Source: Octopus sinensis (Eukaryota). Taken from it: DNA of 64,000 nt. Positions within the stretch are counted from its first letter, which is position 1. Each line of letters begins with the position of its first letter. Shown one piece after another: positions 47,866-63,139 of the stretch. The notes under the pieces were generated by a model that was given only the letters and a program-made list of their open reading frames with translations, was not told the DNA's origin and did not search any database. The position numbers and the translations under genes were made by a program. Location: positions 16,244,001 to 16,308,000 of the forward strand of contig NC_043012.1 in assembly GCF_006345805.1 (NCBI RefSeq), in the 5' to 3' direction.

Positions 47866-48301
47866 ATAATTAAATAAATACATACTTACAATTATGCACA
47901 CAGATGCGCGCGCACACAAAAACACACACACGTATATGTATATGTATATGTATATGTATTTTTGTTTTTGTATATATGTATGCACATATATATATATTTA
48001 TATCTACATACAAATACAAAAACAAATACATAGATACATATATATATATATTCATACATACATACATATGTATATACATCTATATACATACATATATATA
48101 CACATATACACACATACACACAAACACACATTCACAGACACACAGCATATGGCCGCTCTTCCGCCCATCTTATTTATCCTACAATTTTTAGGGCAGACAA
48201 ATACCAGGGAAACACTAAGGGTTTGTCACCTCCTTTTGCATTAGTAGGTGATTGAAAGCTGAAACGATCGACATGGATTAGGATCAGTAGAAGCCTTCTG
48301 A

Positions 48302-48629
48302 GACCCCCTTTGGTCATGACTGACCATGGGATTGCACCTAGAATGTTACCTACCCAGGCACAAGTCCGGGCAAGTTTGTTTATGGAAGACCTGCAGTTGT
48401 CCATGCATACCAACCTCCCCTCTCTACGCCACCGATGTTATGCAAGAGAAAGGCAAAGACCGATACAGCTTGGCACCTGTGAGATCGCAACTCATTTCTA
48501 CAGGTGAGTGAACTGGAGCAACGTGAAATAAAGTGTCTTGCTCAAGAACACAGCACGCAACCAGGATTCGAACTTACAACTTCACGATCGTAAGCTCGAC
48601 GCTCTACCCACTGAGCCAAGCACTTTCAC
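48302..48629 (-). mobile_element. tRNA-derived SINE (family also at 60514)
   Basis: Head reverse complement at 48560-48629; tail GACCCCCTTTGGTCATGACTGACCATGGGATTGCACCTAG. Confidence 0.75.
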
Positions 48630-49632
48630 GCCTTCTAATGATCCCTGAAAACCGCAAAGGTATTTTATGGCAAGATATCGAGCTGCACTCTACAACAAAT
48701 AGGAAAGTAATGACTACCTGTTTTTTTCTTTTTATTTCTGTGATCTGCTAAACAGGCTACGCTTTTTTGAAAATTCACACCTACGTCCGCTATCTTCAGA
48801 TAACCATTTAAAATTCTTCTGTATCCCTAATGGTTCCATAGTCATTGTGATGATAACAACTTCGCTGCTTTTCTAAATTGTTTGCATTTCGTATTTTTGG
48901 TGGTGGCTTTTTTTTATTTTCTCACGTTCCAATCCAAACTGGCAAGCAGTTTCGATTGCATAACACTTTCCTATTTATCGATTATTATATCTTGGTCTGA
49001 ATATCTAATTTGCTTGTCCTTTTGAATTCCCATATCTTAAAGTATCATTATACGGTAGTTTTCAACAACACGTGCTTCGCTTTGTAGTCATATCAATTTT
49101 CTGCGTGCCGAAATCCAACCATTGCACAAACTTGCCAAAGAAAGTTTGCAGTTTTGTTGAGACTCTAGATTATGTAAAATTTCCGAAAATTACTTGACAT
49201 CTGTAAAATACATTTACAACCGTCTCCTTTTTTTCCATCACACACTCTACCTGAGGTGTTCTTATTATTTACATTCTTTCTTGTGTATGTCAGTCTGAAT
49301 GGTTTATTCTGCGCAGCTAAAATAAAGCCCCATGTCTTGTGTCCCGTTTACGGTTGTTTTATCACTATTATGTGCAGTAGCAACTGACCAGTTGTGAAAC
49401 TAAACAGCAGCCACCTGGGAGTGGTGACACTCAGTCTATCAAAGGAATTTCCATCCCCTTTTCCGCAGTGTCAAACAACAGAGGGAACCTGGATAAAATT
49501 AATATACGCCCAAATATGACTTTAGAAACTCAATAGGAAACGTCGCTTGAGAACTGGGCGGTGTAAGTCTTATGATATTGCCTGCTATTCTTTCAGGATC
49601 ACGTACAAAGCCAAAAGCCAAATTCTTCTAAC

Positions 49633-49684
<52 letters not shown>

Positions 49685-49689
49685 TATTT

Positions 49690-51400
49690 ATTTCACTGAT
49701 ACTCCAGTTCAACACATTAGAGTTATAAGTAGCAACTGGAACTGCTGAGAAATTTATAGATAACACAATACTGTGCGCAAATAGCTGATTTCAGAACAAC
49801 TCGAACTCTCCTATAACTTTCCTTTCTGGTCTTATCTTTCATGCTTGCATGCTGAATGCCAGAGTCTTCATTCATTCCTAAGTATTTGTAGGTTCCTCCT
49901 CAAGTACTTTTATTGTTTGTGCCAACATCTAACACGACTGAATTTGAGGTCTTCAATTTCCCTTTCTGGTTATTGGTTTTGGTGTACTAACCAATGCCAA
50001 ACTCCATCCCGTTGTCATCACTGAATGCTTTCACAGTAAGTAATAGGCCTTCAAGCTCATCGTTGTCTTTGCCACAGAGTTTTGAGTCATCCTTATTTTC
50101 TTGTTATCAATTTTATACCCAAACGATGTTCTGTTAAATTCACTTGTGAGGTTCACTTGTAAGAGTATACAAAAAAATTGAGAAAAATGAGTCACCTTGC
50201 AAAATCCACAGTTGAAGCTAATGCTGTTTGAAGCTACAACTCCATTAGGATGCTATAATTGGAGATTCGTGTTCCACAATGACGTATTATGCTTCAGAAA
50301 GTTTGGAATTACGGGGAAAATTCTGAAGTAATCCTGCAATTTCTGGATCCATAAATGCGGTATACTGTCAAAAGCGTTTTTGTAATGAATGCCTGTTGAA
50401 CTGAGATTTCTGCGCTTCTTATGACAGTTCTCAAGGATCATGCGATTAATTAGGAGCTAATCATTGTATATATGAGCCTCGTCGGTACTTTTTTCTTCTT
50501 CAGTGGGGGAAAATATTGTTCTCTTCCATAAATACATGTTTTCTGTACGAGAACAGATGTTAACATTTGTAGAAGTGGTGGATAACCTGGTTATGTGCCG
50601 ACAGCCTTTTTAACTTTAGTTTCATTAATCTTCGGGAGTAGGTAAGTAATACCATTTGCTAACCAGTCAGGTGTTTTCTCAGCATCTCTCATAAATTCAT
50701 TAAACAGCTTGACTACCTTTTCGTGTGCGCACGGAAACAATTAGGGCCAAATATTTGGTACCCTATCTTTACCTGGGGATTTCCACTGATGGGCGTTCGT
50801 TCATGAGTGAATGCGATCCTAGGTCTACTACTGAGGTGTCTTACTATGCCTGTTCTTGTAAATGCTGATAAGAATTGGCACCTAATCCAATCTGCAATTT
50901 TATGCCTTCTCATCACGTGCAATTATACTCCAAAGGGTTATTTTCTCCTACCTCATATCTCAATAAAAGGTTTTGGCATTAGAAATGAATTATTTTAAAT
51001 GTAAAAATTACTGTAAATTTTGTTTCAGTGTTTCTTGTTAATGCCAGGTCTTCCCCTGATTAAAATCCAAATTTTACCCTTCCTCTTTATTCTTTTTCTG
51101 GATACTACATCATTTCCACAGCATATTTCATTTAAAATTTATATTTCCACTCTAATTAATTCAATCTCTTTTCCTAATTTATTTCTCCAGTTTAGAATCC
51201 TTCTTAGGTTTTCATGTCTTTTTACAAGGCATACAACTGTCTTCGAGTTCACCATTTTTTTTCATTATTTAGTCGTCGATAAATAAAGTAACAGTCCTAG
51301 ATTGTGGATTAGCAGAATTGTCAGAGTTACTGAATGAGATACTTTGTGACATTTGTTCCGGTTTTTTGAATGCAGAGTCCAAATTATATCAGTAGTATTT
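49690..51400 (-). pseudogene. Decayed R4/Dong-like RT fragment
   Basis: ILENCHKKRRNLS..IHYKNAFDSIPH, then GI.QGDS, then DDSKL.GKDNDELEGLL.TVKAFSDD.GMEFG. The right boundary is uncertain. Confidence 0.7.
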
Positions 51401-52238
51401 TTGAGGTTGGAAAGCGGCCTCAACGAACGGGCTCACAGGGTTAGACACCGACCTGAGTAGAGTAAATTGAAGCAGAGTTAACCTAAAATTGATACAGTAA
51501 TAATATTTTATGGCATTAGTTTCTTCATTAAAAATAAGATTCATAAGGAAAGAATAATAATTGTTTATTTGTTTTAAATAAACAGCTAATGTTTTTATCA
51601 AATGACATACATCCAATGACAAAAGAACGATTCTATGAATAAAGTTTACATGGATTAAGTTGGAAGTATTATAACTCATATATAACTATAGGCAAAGCAC
51701 TACTTAGCCACCGATAGAGAATAACGAAAGCGAGTTGTCACAATCTTCAGAAAATTGAATAGATAATGCTAGATGGTATATTTCTGAAACGCTACACTCT
51801 GAGTTCCAATCCCACGATATTCAAATTTCCCTTTCTTATGAAGTCATAAGCGTAAGTACTAATCGAAAGTGGTGGACATGCGAAATTTCTACAAGACCAA
51901 GGGGAAAAAGTGTAATGTAGTAATGTAGTACCTGTACCGAGTTTGTGGCTTCTAACAGCAACACCAGCGATGGAACTGTTCCTCATATTCATATATATAT
52001 ATATATATATTTACATAAAACTATCGTGTACATTAAAACACATTAAGAGGCTTACAAATAGGAAATAAGAAGGGGAATATTCTTTATGTTGCATGTCTCA
52101 TTTCTCTGTCTTTTTTCGTTGTTCGAAAAAACGTTCGTTTGTATGTTTTTGTTTTATACTTTCGTTTCTCATTGTGTTCAACGATTTTTGATGTCCTGTA
52201 TCCATATATGCATGTATATACACATATATATTTAGGTA

Positions 52239-52281
<43 letters not shown>

Positions 52282-54049
52282 GTATATACACAACTAGCTC
52301 TCATTTCTCTTAACGAAATTCCAGTTAGAAATACTGGTCAACTTGAGCAAGATTTATTAACACTTGCCTAGACTGTATCTCCAATGCATGTAACTATTAC
52401 TAGCTTGTTACTCTCTTCCATGTGCATTAACTAGTATATATATGTGTGTGTGTACATACAAATATGTATATACACACACAAACATATGTATAAATATATA
52501 TGTATATAGAAAAAGAAAGAGAAAGAGAGTGTGAGAGAGAGAAATAAGGAAGCACATAGATTGATACATTGGTAGTTAGATAAATACATATATACAGAGA
52601 GATGCGCACACGCTACCACACTCACATGCACATATCAGAAAGATAAATCAGAATTGCCACTGACATGCATTGTGACTGCAAATATGAATACACAAGGAAT
52701 AAATACATTTTTCTGCCTCAGTAAGCGTTAACAGCTCAACAATTGTCCTACCTTGCCAGTAGAATACATAAAACTTAAAGATATGGAAAGCAGGCGGAGA
52801 ACATTTATAGCTTAGGGATATTTAAAACCAAAATGAATTAATCGAAATGGCTCGAGCAAAATATATGTGCTGTGTGTTATGTATTCGTATGCTTCCTGTT
52901 CGTAGCTGAAGATTCTCTTTGTCTCAAATTTCCTTGAGCAATGTTTATAGAAATCTCATAGATAAATACATAAGATATTCTGCCTTTTACTTCATCAGAG
53001 GAGATCTGTGTTTATCGTGTATGCGACCTGAGGCCAGCCTGAAGATAAACTTAAGTGGTTTCTTCACGTTGCATCTTCAACTTCTAAATAATGGCTGTGT
53101 ACTATTCACTAACGCTTAATATCTTAATATCGATGTTACTAAAAATTATGAGTAAAAAAGCAGAAAAAAAACAACTGATACTAAAAAAAAAGCATAAATA
53201 AATATCTTTAGCTAGCAGACAGTCGGTCTGTCGGTTTTTTTTTTCTCCTTAAAAATCGTATATATGTCCTATATAATAGGAGGATATTGTTGCTAATCTC
53301 GGCTGATTTTGAGAAATATATTCTTGTGTCTTTGCTTGTGCAACCAGATTTGCCTTGCTTAATACTTATTTTAAGTACGTTTTTATCTTATATAAGTAAT
53401 TCACATTCTGAGTGATATATAAACACAAACCTGAGAATAGATTTGTTAGAAATATAAAAGCACAATTTCATTTCTAGTGATATAATTCAGTTGATTCAAA
53501 ACAGAATAAAGGGAATGAAATATATGTAAATTAGTCTTCTTTTAAAAATAATTTTATTAGTGTTTACATTATGTATGCATTGGCCATCTTCCAATTCTTT
53601 GCCTAGCTTAATATATTTTGCCATCTTCCATTTAAAAGTTTAGACCTGGATAAATAAAAGAATTCCATACAATAGAAAATCTGTTTGCAAAAGAATTATA
53701 TAAAAATAATTTTCTTGAATTTCCTATTAAAGTAAACACGCAATGCAATAGAAATAAAATTAAATTCATTTTAATTTTACATTTACTGATATAGTTTAAA
53801 GAAGCATGTTATTAATTTTAGATTTAAACAAATCATTTTAACAATGAAAGATTTCTCTTTTACGTTCGTCTTACACACAGCAAAAGCAGAAACAATATTT
53901 TAGTTTTATAAGGAACAGTGATGACAGAAAAATACTTCAAGCGTTCAAAATGTGCTTACTTCAATACAATAAATATCAAGAATGTTACGGGCCACATTTG
54001 TAGAAATTTGTTGAACCTAAATAAGACTCTACTCCTTCTATGTATTATG

Positions 54050-54120
54050 CCCGCCACTAGGTATCATGAGTGTCTGATGATTTTTGGATCCGTTGCCAGT
54101 GATGGTGAAGTGTTGGCTTG
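54050..54120 (+). pseudogene. Possible Tc1/mariner-type DDE fragment
   Basis: LMIFGSVASDGEV resembles the VMV.GVV.SDG motif; very short. Confidence 0.25.
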
Positions 54121-54658
54121 CTGTTGTGAATTCACAGGAGAAACCGACTCAATTTATCCCTGGTGACCTCCATTGCAAGTGCAAATGATTGTAGTTAATG
54201 TTCCTATTTTATCAATACCATTTATACTTCTTGGCTGTAGTCACGGAGCTTTTGTGTGATCTGACTATTCAATCAGCTTTCCATTACACATTGCTAGGAA
54301 ATAATCCGCTATTTAAAAGTACATTTTGCTTCTGTTGCGTGTTTTTATTGTAAAGTATCCGAAGCAAAATGCAAATGAAGGCGTTCAAAGTCGCTAACGA
54401 ATTAACAAAGTTGTCATAAATACAAACGGACAATCTCCAATATATTTCAATATTTTCTCTGTACTTCTTCACACGTATTATTTTCTAACTGGGACTAATT
54501 CTTCGTAGTTCATTCGTTTTTCTTTTGGTACGTGTCTGTATTTCCGTACACAGCAGCTCTCTCTCTCTCCATCTGTCCCTCTACCCTTCTTTCACTCTAT
54601 CCCGCTCTCCTCCGCCTCTGGTTTCTTTTTCTCTCTCTCTCTTCTCTCCCTCTATCTG

Positions 54659-54704
<46 letters not shown>

Positions 54705-55869
54705 GTGACCTTTAGTTTTCTTCATAATGTAATTCATATACCGACTACCATTTAAAACTAAATCAATAAGAGTCTTGACAATAGTATCATCATCATTATA
54801 ACCATCATCCATTACATCACTACATCACAATTAACGGCACTGATATTATCATAACTATGTATCATGTTACAAATCAATATTACCATAACTACAACCACAT
54901 GACAAACAACGCCATCAGAAGAAATAGCTATCCTCTCTGCAAAATCATAAATAAACACGTTTCCTATTTCTTAAGAAGTTTAACAAGTAATTGATTTCGT
55001 GAAGATGTTAGATCAACTTGTAAAATATAAATTCGATACAACAGATCTTAGATTACTAAAGAAAAAAACCGAAAGCTTATGCTGTCAATTTTAACTAAAA
55101 TATTCATACTCTGCAATGTATTTCCAGTCACGTTTCCGTTAGTTTTGTTGATTTTATTATTCAGCCAATAATGTTTTCGCGTTTAGTACGAAAAAATCTG
55201 AAGATTTTTCTTGATTAACATTTTAAAAAGTTTTTTTTTTTAGAGTAAAAGTTATTTAAAAATCTCTTTCAGTATAAAAAAAGCGCTTTCCAAAAAGAAA
55301 TGAAATAAACGTCTTAATGCATATTATGACGGAGCAGTTAAAAGTTAATTCTTGGTAGCAAGAAACTGATTTCATATTCATAACATGTCTTCTTGGTGTC
55401 CACCATAATGCTATCTAAATTTTTATGTACAAATTGAAGATATAATTTCGTTCTATTGCAGATATTACGTTTTTCGTTCTATTACAGATAGCCAAGTCGA
55501 TATGAACGTTTGATGGTTCGTACTTTGTCTCTTATAACACAATATACCCTCGTCCGTGACATTAGAATTTCAACACACTAGTCCATGAACGGAATAAAAC
55601 ACCTTTTTTATGTGTCTAATATCATTTCAAAAATAAATTTATTCATGTGGTAATGTCTACACAATCTGGCAGAAAGTTTGTCGTATGAGATAACACCATA
55701 GATCAATATATCTCTTATCTGCAGTGGAGTTTCAAATGGAAGAGTTTTGCTTTATGTGATGAATATTATTCATTTTGCTTCTCGCTTACAAATATCTTCC
55801 CTGCTGATTGGAGTTGAAACCTAGAGAGTCTATAAAGAAAGCTCAAGTAGACAATTTACATGCATATAT

Positions 55870-56140
55870 GATGAGAGATCTACGACGAATTATTAATATT
55901 ATTATCTTTGACGGTGTGCTGGTCTGCCTCCTACGATGGAAATACTCATGGATAGAAATTTACGTTGGTTGGCTCACGTACACAGGATGGACAACAACGG
56001 ACTCCCCAGACATACTTTATTTCTACTTATGCAAGAGGAAAAGAAACGACAGAACACCCAGACTGATATTCAAAGACATTACAAAAGAAACATAAGGTGG
56101 AAGCAAATGGAGAAAGCTTATAACTTCGTGCCAAAGCCAT
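55870..56140 (+). pseudogene. RTE-like LINE C-terminal fragment
   Basis: LRWLAHVHRMDNNGLPR motif. Confidence 0.65.
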
Positions 56141-58249
56141 GAACAATAGTCGCGACGACTGAATGCAGATAGGTACAAATATCAACTAAGTTAATTTCAC
56201 AAACTCATCCAGGTACTAACATCGTTCCTAACCTGAACATAAAAAACAAGCATTTCTTGCATTGAGGAGAGTTCTATTGATACAGATAATTAATTAACCA
56301 TCTTTCAAATGCACAAAATGCAATAAACGAGAAGAATGAAAGCAGAATAAGGAGTTCAAATGTTGGTTAAATAAATCTGTTAATAATTACATTTCATTGT
56401 TTTGGTTGATCGAAATTATAAATTGAAATTTTGCCTTAATATGTTCAATACTTGTGTGTAAAAGAAATTAAAATATACAAAAAAAAAATTCTAAACTTGA
56501 CCTTAATTCTAAAATTGTAATTTACATGGAAATAAATTATAGAAACTTGAAGTATTTTAAAACGAGGACAGTAAATATAGTCCTTCAAACAATAAATTGA
56601 TAGAAAACTAATAACACGATCGGAGTGATAGTTATGTTAATGGTCTTCTTTCTGCTGTTGACACGAGAATAGTTAATGGGTAATTATAGGCTTAATAGTC
56701 TAGATGAGTAATTGATGGATCATTAAGGTCTTAATGGTTTAGATGAGTAATTAATGAATGAATCATTAAGGACTTAATGGACGAGTTGAGTAATTAAGGG
56801 AATTAAGTACACCATATAAGTAACGCATTTAATTTTGCATTAATACCAAATTGTATACTTCGGATATACGTGTACAAATTCATAAATATTTATAACACAT
56901 TTACAATGCACATGTACAGATAAAAGCAAGTAGTGAAATATATACTCCTGTATATAATGGAGAATAGCATTGTGTGTGTGAGAGCATGTGTGAGTTTGTG
57001 CGCGCGAGTGTGTCTCTATGTGTACGAGTGTGCGTAACATGTTCGATTTTCTACTTGAAATTATAGTAAATTATTTTAGGTTTGCTACAGCGTATTCAGT
57101 GTATTTTTAAATTCTGTGCTTAAGTTATCCCATTAGGAGACACTAGATGATAGTTGTTTAAAAACAACGGATAAATCACCTAAAAAAAATTAAGTACACA
57201 CATTTATCAGAATACTGTTGCAATTTAAACACGACACTCTTTCTTCATGATGCAGGAAGATGGTATCACCACTCTTCTCCAAACTAATTTTACATAAATA
57301 TATTTTTACAGTGATGAAACTATTTTAAAATCTATACTTTGATCCCATCTTTATGCATACATACATATATATAATGTCATTGAATTAATCACTTAGATGT
57401 GTGAAATGCTGATATGAAATAGTGGTGAACATTAATTACATTCTGCTTTTGTTTTGTTGATGATATAAATGCAGATGAGATTATTTTTATTATCCTTATG
57501 TGTCGAATGACTTTTTCTGCTCACATATGGCAATGATTAATCACTTACAAATTTATCAACTCAGCATTTTGAATTAGTGATAATTTCATTAATGTGTATC
57601 ATAAAGCAGACCTTAGGATGTTGCTTAACCCTCGAAATGTCATTTAAATGTTTCTGCTTCTTTTAATTGATCGTTAAATATTGTAAATACTTCGTGGTTA
57701 GATCTCATGAGAGGAATGTTTGACATTCATGGCTGTTATCAAGCTGATCGAGTTTCACACTGCCTGGGCTTACTTCTAGACTGTAATTCATCCCATCCAT
57801 CGTTTTACAAATATGTATCACGCTTCGAATTTGCTCGTTTATAGTAATCCGAAACTATTACCAGATACGTCTTATTTCTACATTATTTCTACATTCTTTA
57901 CCTAATAACTATTTCTACTATTCATGATCTTGCTGACTTGCTTTTATTATATTCTTTGCGTTTCAAGAGGACGCCTTGTCGTAATGGCTACCCTAATATG
58001 TAGTTCAATGTTATAAATCAAAATGAAGTAGCAAAATGACTTCGATTCTCTTGGTTTGAGTTATAACCCTTCCTGAGGAGATCTTGCCCATGAGTCTACT
58101 CTGCAGTTCTGGTTAGTTTGGTTAAAAGATTTATATTTGCATCGAAATACAGTGTTCATCGAAAACGCTGCTCCCCTGGAAGCCAAGTACTTTGCCTTAG
58201 AATCTGTTGCATTTTATCATTGTTTTTCCTTTTATTTGTTTCATTCATT

Positions 58250-58440
58250 AGACTGCGGGCATGCTGGGGCACCACCCTGAAGGATTTTTGTCGATCGAAT
58301 CGACGCCATTACTTATTATTTTTTGTAATTCCTGATACTTATTTCTTTCGATCTCTTTTGCCGAACTGCTATGCCACAGAGACGTAAACACACCACCACC
58401 GGTTGTCAAGTAATGGTGGGGGGAAAATACAGACAAAGAT
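58250..58440 (-). mobile_element. 3' part of OR-type SINE
   Basis: GACTGCGGGCATGCTGGGGCACCACC...CTCTTTTGCCGAAC matches the reverse complement of 19340-19500. Confidence 0.65.
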
Positions 58441-58481
58441 AATATATATATATATATATCACCATCACATCACGTACATAC

Positions 58482-58543
<62 letters not shown>

Positions 58544-58929
58544 ATATATTATATATATATATGTATGTATGTATATGACAGCCTACTTTCAGTTTCTGTC
58601 TACCAAACGCACACATACGCGCGCGCATATATATGCATGAATGTATGATGTGGCTAGGAAGCAAGCTTCTTGCCAAACAGCCACGCTTGTCCCGATATTT
58701 TTATTGTACTTAATTTTACTTTGTATTTCTGTAGTATTCGTCACCCTTTTGCATTTGTCTCTTCTCTTTCTCGATTTCCCAAAAGATTCAGAGATCTTGT
58801 TTTCTATGGCATTTCTTCTATATTTTTGCTTTCTCGCTGTTTACCTGCAACTGGTTTTAGGTGTCCCTAATCGAGAAGTTTTAAAAGTCATTCAAGAAAT
58901 TTGGCTGTCATTCTAACAGTATTAGTCTT

Positions 58930-59480
58930 AAGAATTTAGTAGCTAGTGGCTACATTTATGTTATAAGGTGGGTTAATCCATAAGATTCTCCTTTGTCTGC
59001 ATTTTCTTGGTCTATTTATATTTGATTCAATGTAGTAAATGCTATTGTTAAAGTTGGACCTTTCTAATGCAGCAGCATTCTAATATGGGGTAGCTTTTTC
59101 AAAAGTGTCTTTGTCGGCAGATAAATTGGAGACACGCCTGCTAATATTGTTAACTATTTGTTTAATTACTGCTGGTGAGTGGTTGGAACCGATGTCTATG
59201 TACGAGGCCTCCTCGTTTGGTTTGTGATAAGGTTTAAATTCTACTTTGTTAAGATTCATATTGATGTCTAGGAAGTTGACTTCTTTAAGGTTGGTATTAA
59301 TAGTGGTTCCTAAGCGTAATTGGCTAAATATTTTGCATAATTCTTTTAGATATTGCACCCCTACTTACTTTTCTCAGGCTTAGAAAATATTGGTCAGTAA
59401 AAAGTTGCTCGAAGGTAGGTTTCTTCAGAAAATAAATACAAAGAACTAAAATAAATATAAAGAAAACCACTCAAAATACC
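58930..59480 (-). pseudogene. Penelope-like RT C-terminal fragment
   Basis: VNFLDINMNL...YHKPNEEASYIDIGSNHSPAVIKQIVNNISRRVSNLS, a PLE-type RT/thumb pattern. Confidence 0.75.
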
Positions 59481-59558
59481 CAGAAAGAAATATTAATGAA
59501 ATAAAGTATCCTCCGCCTTAAGAATTGAAGTTACACACACACACATACACACGCGCAC

Positions 59559-59610
<52 letters not shown>

Positions 59611-60447
59611 CACACACACACACACACACACAACAACAACAACAACGAAAACAACAACGGCCACTCCCTAATACTAACACAGTTGAGGAATTTTGAAACT
59701 CCACAATCAAAGCTCTTCACAGTTAAGCTATCCACTTCTTCCTTTCCCCAAAATACCGTAACTGGCCCATCGTCATGATTGCCATCATGTTCTACTGCTA
59801 CTACCCTTACTACATCTAAACAATAGCAACAACAAGATCCTCATTGGAAGTCACTCTTCAATACCAGAGCAACTGATGACCTATTAAACAACATAGAACC
59901 TTGCTCCTCTCCACGGTCAGGCCACTGGAAGTCTTGTCAGGTTAACACAACAGATCTATCATCACCACTATCATCCTATTCTACTGCTACCCCAGTTAGT
60001 GAAGAATCATACCTTTCTTCCCCCAGCATCCGCCTTAATCTAAATGTATACCTGACAACTTCATGATAAATCTGTCAAATGTAAATGAAGTAAAATTATG
60101 AACGCACAAAACACCAAATGATGCCGCTGTTCTCAATGTGAGGGACCATGCATACGCAGTGACTGTAACTTCACCCATTTACCTGGGACAAGTCACAGAA
60201 TTCGTACGAGCAATAACAGCCAACGACAAACCTCACGTCCTACAACACTACCACCACCATGGAATGTCCATGAGAGTATCTCGATCAATCAATGAACTTT
60301 TCAGCCGATCATCGTAATTCAACTCTAAATCACACTATATAATTATATATGCGTCAATGTGCACATATGTGCGTCTCTATAACTTTATCATCCTTTCTGT
60401 ATATGAACGTGTTTATGTGTGTATACATACATACATACATACATACA

Positions 60448-60481
<34 letters not shown>

Positions 60482-60513
60482 CATACATACATACATACAT
60501 ACATACATACATT

Positions 60514-60981
60514 GTGACCCCTTCGGTCAGGAATGACCATGGCATTGCACCTAGAAAGTTAGCATCCGAGGCACAAGTCTGGGCGAGGTTGTTTATGGAA
60601 GACCAGCAGTCGCCCACTCATACCAGCCTCCCCTCTCCACGTCACCGATGTTATCCAAGGGAAAGGCAAAGGCACCTGTGACGTCGCAGCTTATTTATTA
60701 ACTTGCAAGTGGCTGAGCACTCCACAGACACGTGTACCCTTAACGTAATTCTCGAGGAGATTCAGCGTGACACAGAATGTGACAAGGCTGGCCCTTTGAA
60801 ATACAGGTACAACAGAAACAGGAAGAAAGAGAGAAAGTTGTGGTGAAAGAGTACAGCAGGGTTCACCACCACCCCATGCTGGAGCCTCAATAAATATTCA
60901 CAATGCCCGGTCTGGGAATTGAAACCGCGATCCTACGACTGCGAGTCCGCTGCCCTAACCACTGGGCCATTGCGCCTCCAC
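60514..60981 (-). mobile_element. Full-length tRNA-derived SINE
   Basis: Head reverse complement GTGGAGGCGCAATGGCCCAGTGGTTAGGGC; tail GTGACCCCTTCGGTCAGGAATGACC. Confidence 0.82.
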
Positions 60982-60989
60982 ATATACAT

Positions 60990-61378
60990 GATGATGGCTG
61001 TCCGCTCGTGACCGAGGAAGACCATTGCCGACCGCTCTAGGACTAACTTATATTTTGCATTTGCGGCTCCGTTGGTGGCTAATGAGCCCTGCTCTTGACA
61101 AGCTTATAAAACGACTGCCAACATTGCAGACCAAGCTTTCCCCATTCACTATACGAGCCGTGCGCTTTCGTGCAGCTCGCTTAAGTTCTTCATGCTGGAT
61201 ACGTGCTCTCTCAGAAGTGTCGATCCCCTCCTTAACCTGATTCCTCCATCTGTGGCGATGACAGGCATTGTTCTCCTAGTCAGTGTCCTGCATATCAAAG
61301 GCCTTTAACGAGGACTTGACACAGTCCTTAAATCGCAGCCTTGGTTTCTGCCGGAGTCTCCTTCCATTCACACGTTCT
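60990..61378 (-). pseudogene. RTE-like LINE 3' fragment
   Basis: [23 protein letters not shown]...SRAGLISHQR; ends in (CAT)n-like sequence. Confidence 0.7.
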
Positions 61379-61379
61379 C

Positions 61380-61585
61380 CACACATACATACATACATAC
61401 ATACATACATACATACATACATACATACATACATACATACATACATACATTACATACATACATACATACTACATACATACATACATACATACATACATAC
61501 ATACATACATACATACATACATACACATACATACATATACATACATACATACATAACATACATACATACATACATATATATATAT

Positions 61586-61651
<66 letters not shown>

Positions 61652-61970
61652 ATATAATATATATATATATTATCGAAAGTGTTACTTTTCTGTTTTTCAG
61701 GGTACATGTATTCCTATTTGCTTGTCATTTCTGTTAAACAGCGGTGTATTTCTGTAAGACATAAATAGCTTTTGTTCACATCATATATCTACTTTTTCAT
61801 ATCACAGTATTAAATTCTGTGTTTGGGGATTTAATATTGTATCTTTTGATTGCTTGTTTCTTCTTCCGCTTGTTTTACTTTATTTTTATTACTTCAGAAA
61901 TCTACGATTAAGAGAAATGTTCTTAGCGATTGTGTAGACGAAATACCGTGATTTATATATATGCACATAT

Positions 61971-62013
<43 letters not shown>

Positions 62014-62023
62014 GTGTGTGTGT

Positions 62024-62054
<31 letters not shown>

Positions 62055-62089
62055 AATGTATATATACATATATATATACATATATATAT

Positions 62090-62125
<36 letters not shown>

Positions 62126-62215
62126 GTATGTATGTGTGTTGTGTGTGTATGTGTGTGTGTGTGTGTGTATAGATAGATACATACATACATACATACATAC
62201 ATACATACATACATA
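61380..62215. repeat. (ACAT)n/(TA)n/(CA)n microsatellite blocks
   Basis: Direct reading. Confidence 0.9.
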
Positions 62216-63139
62216 GAGGAGGAGAAGGAGAATAGGAGACTTGGAATTTAATAAATATCTGGAGACATTTTATTCTGAATTTATGCTGTGTGATTTCTGC
62301 TTTTATCTCGTCTTCCTTACACTTGAAAAACTGTAATTCGTTGATGTTCTTGTTTAGTTACAGGCATGACTGTTTAGTTCAAGCATGACTAAACAGACCT
62401 ATGATCAAAGGTGTTACAACCGTCGTCATATCGTTTTAGAAGTTTAGTTTCCACGGCTACATTATCTAATGTGACATTGACTTTGTTAGTGTAGCTTTCA
62501 GAGCGATTTGACTGATATAATAACCAGTCAATAGTATACGTGGTGGCTCCCTCGTTGAATGAGTTACTTTAATTTGTATTCCTACATTTTCTTTTTGGTT
62601 GCTGCAATCGTTCATCTGATATGTTCTTTGTTTATACCATTGTATTTTGACATTCACATGTCTGTCTTTTCTTAATCCCGATTTTATCCTTGATAACCTA
62701 GCACCATTTGGTTGACCTATGGTTATTGATAGCATCTAACGAAAGTTATACTATTGTCTTAAACATCCTTGTCAATGCTTCATATATAGTAGTTTGCCTT
62801 GTTTTCAGTTTCCTTTAGTTCTGTTCGTGTTAGTTCATTCCAGGAAATCCTTGATCGAGCAGATCTATAACCAAATGGTTATGGTTTAGTTCAGGATTAA
62901 AGATCCTTCTCAGATCATCAGGATTTAAGAGCGTAAGAGAGAGTTGGAACTGTTGGTCCTCTGAAAAGACAATTTTCAAATAAAAATAACTGGTAATTTC
63001 TATATTTTAGCAAGTATCGAGTCTTTATTGAAAAGTTAGGTTTTAACCGATAATTTCTAAATTTCTCCATCACTATTTTTCTCTCCTATATATATATATA
63101 TATATATAATATATATATATATAATATATATATATATAA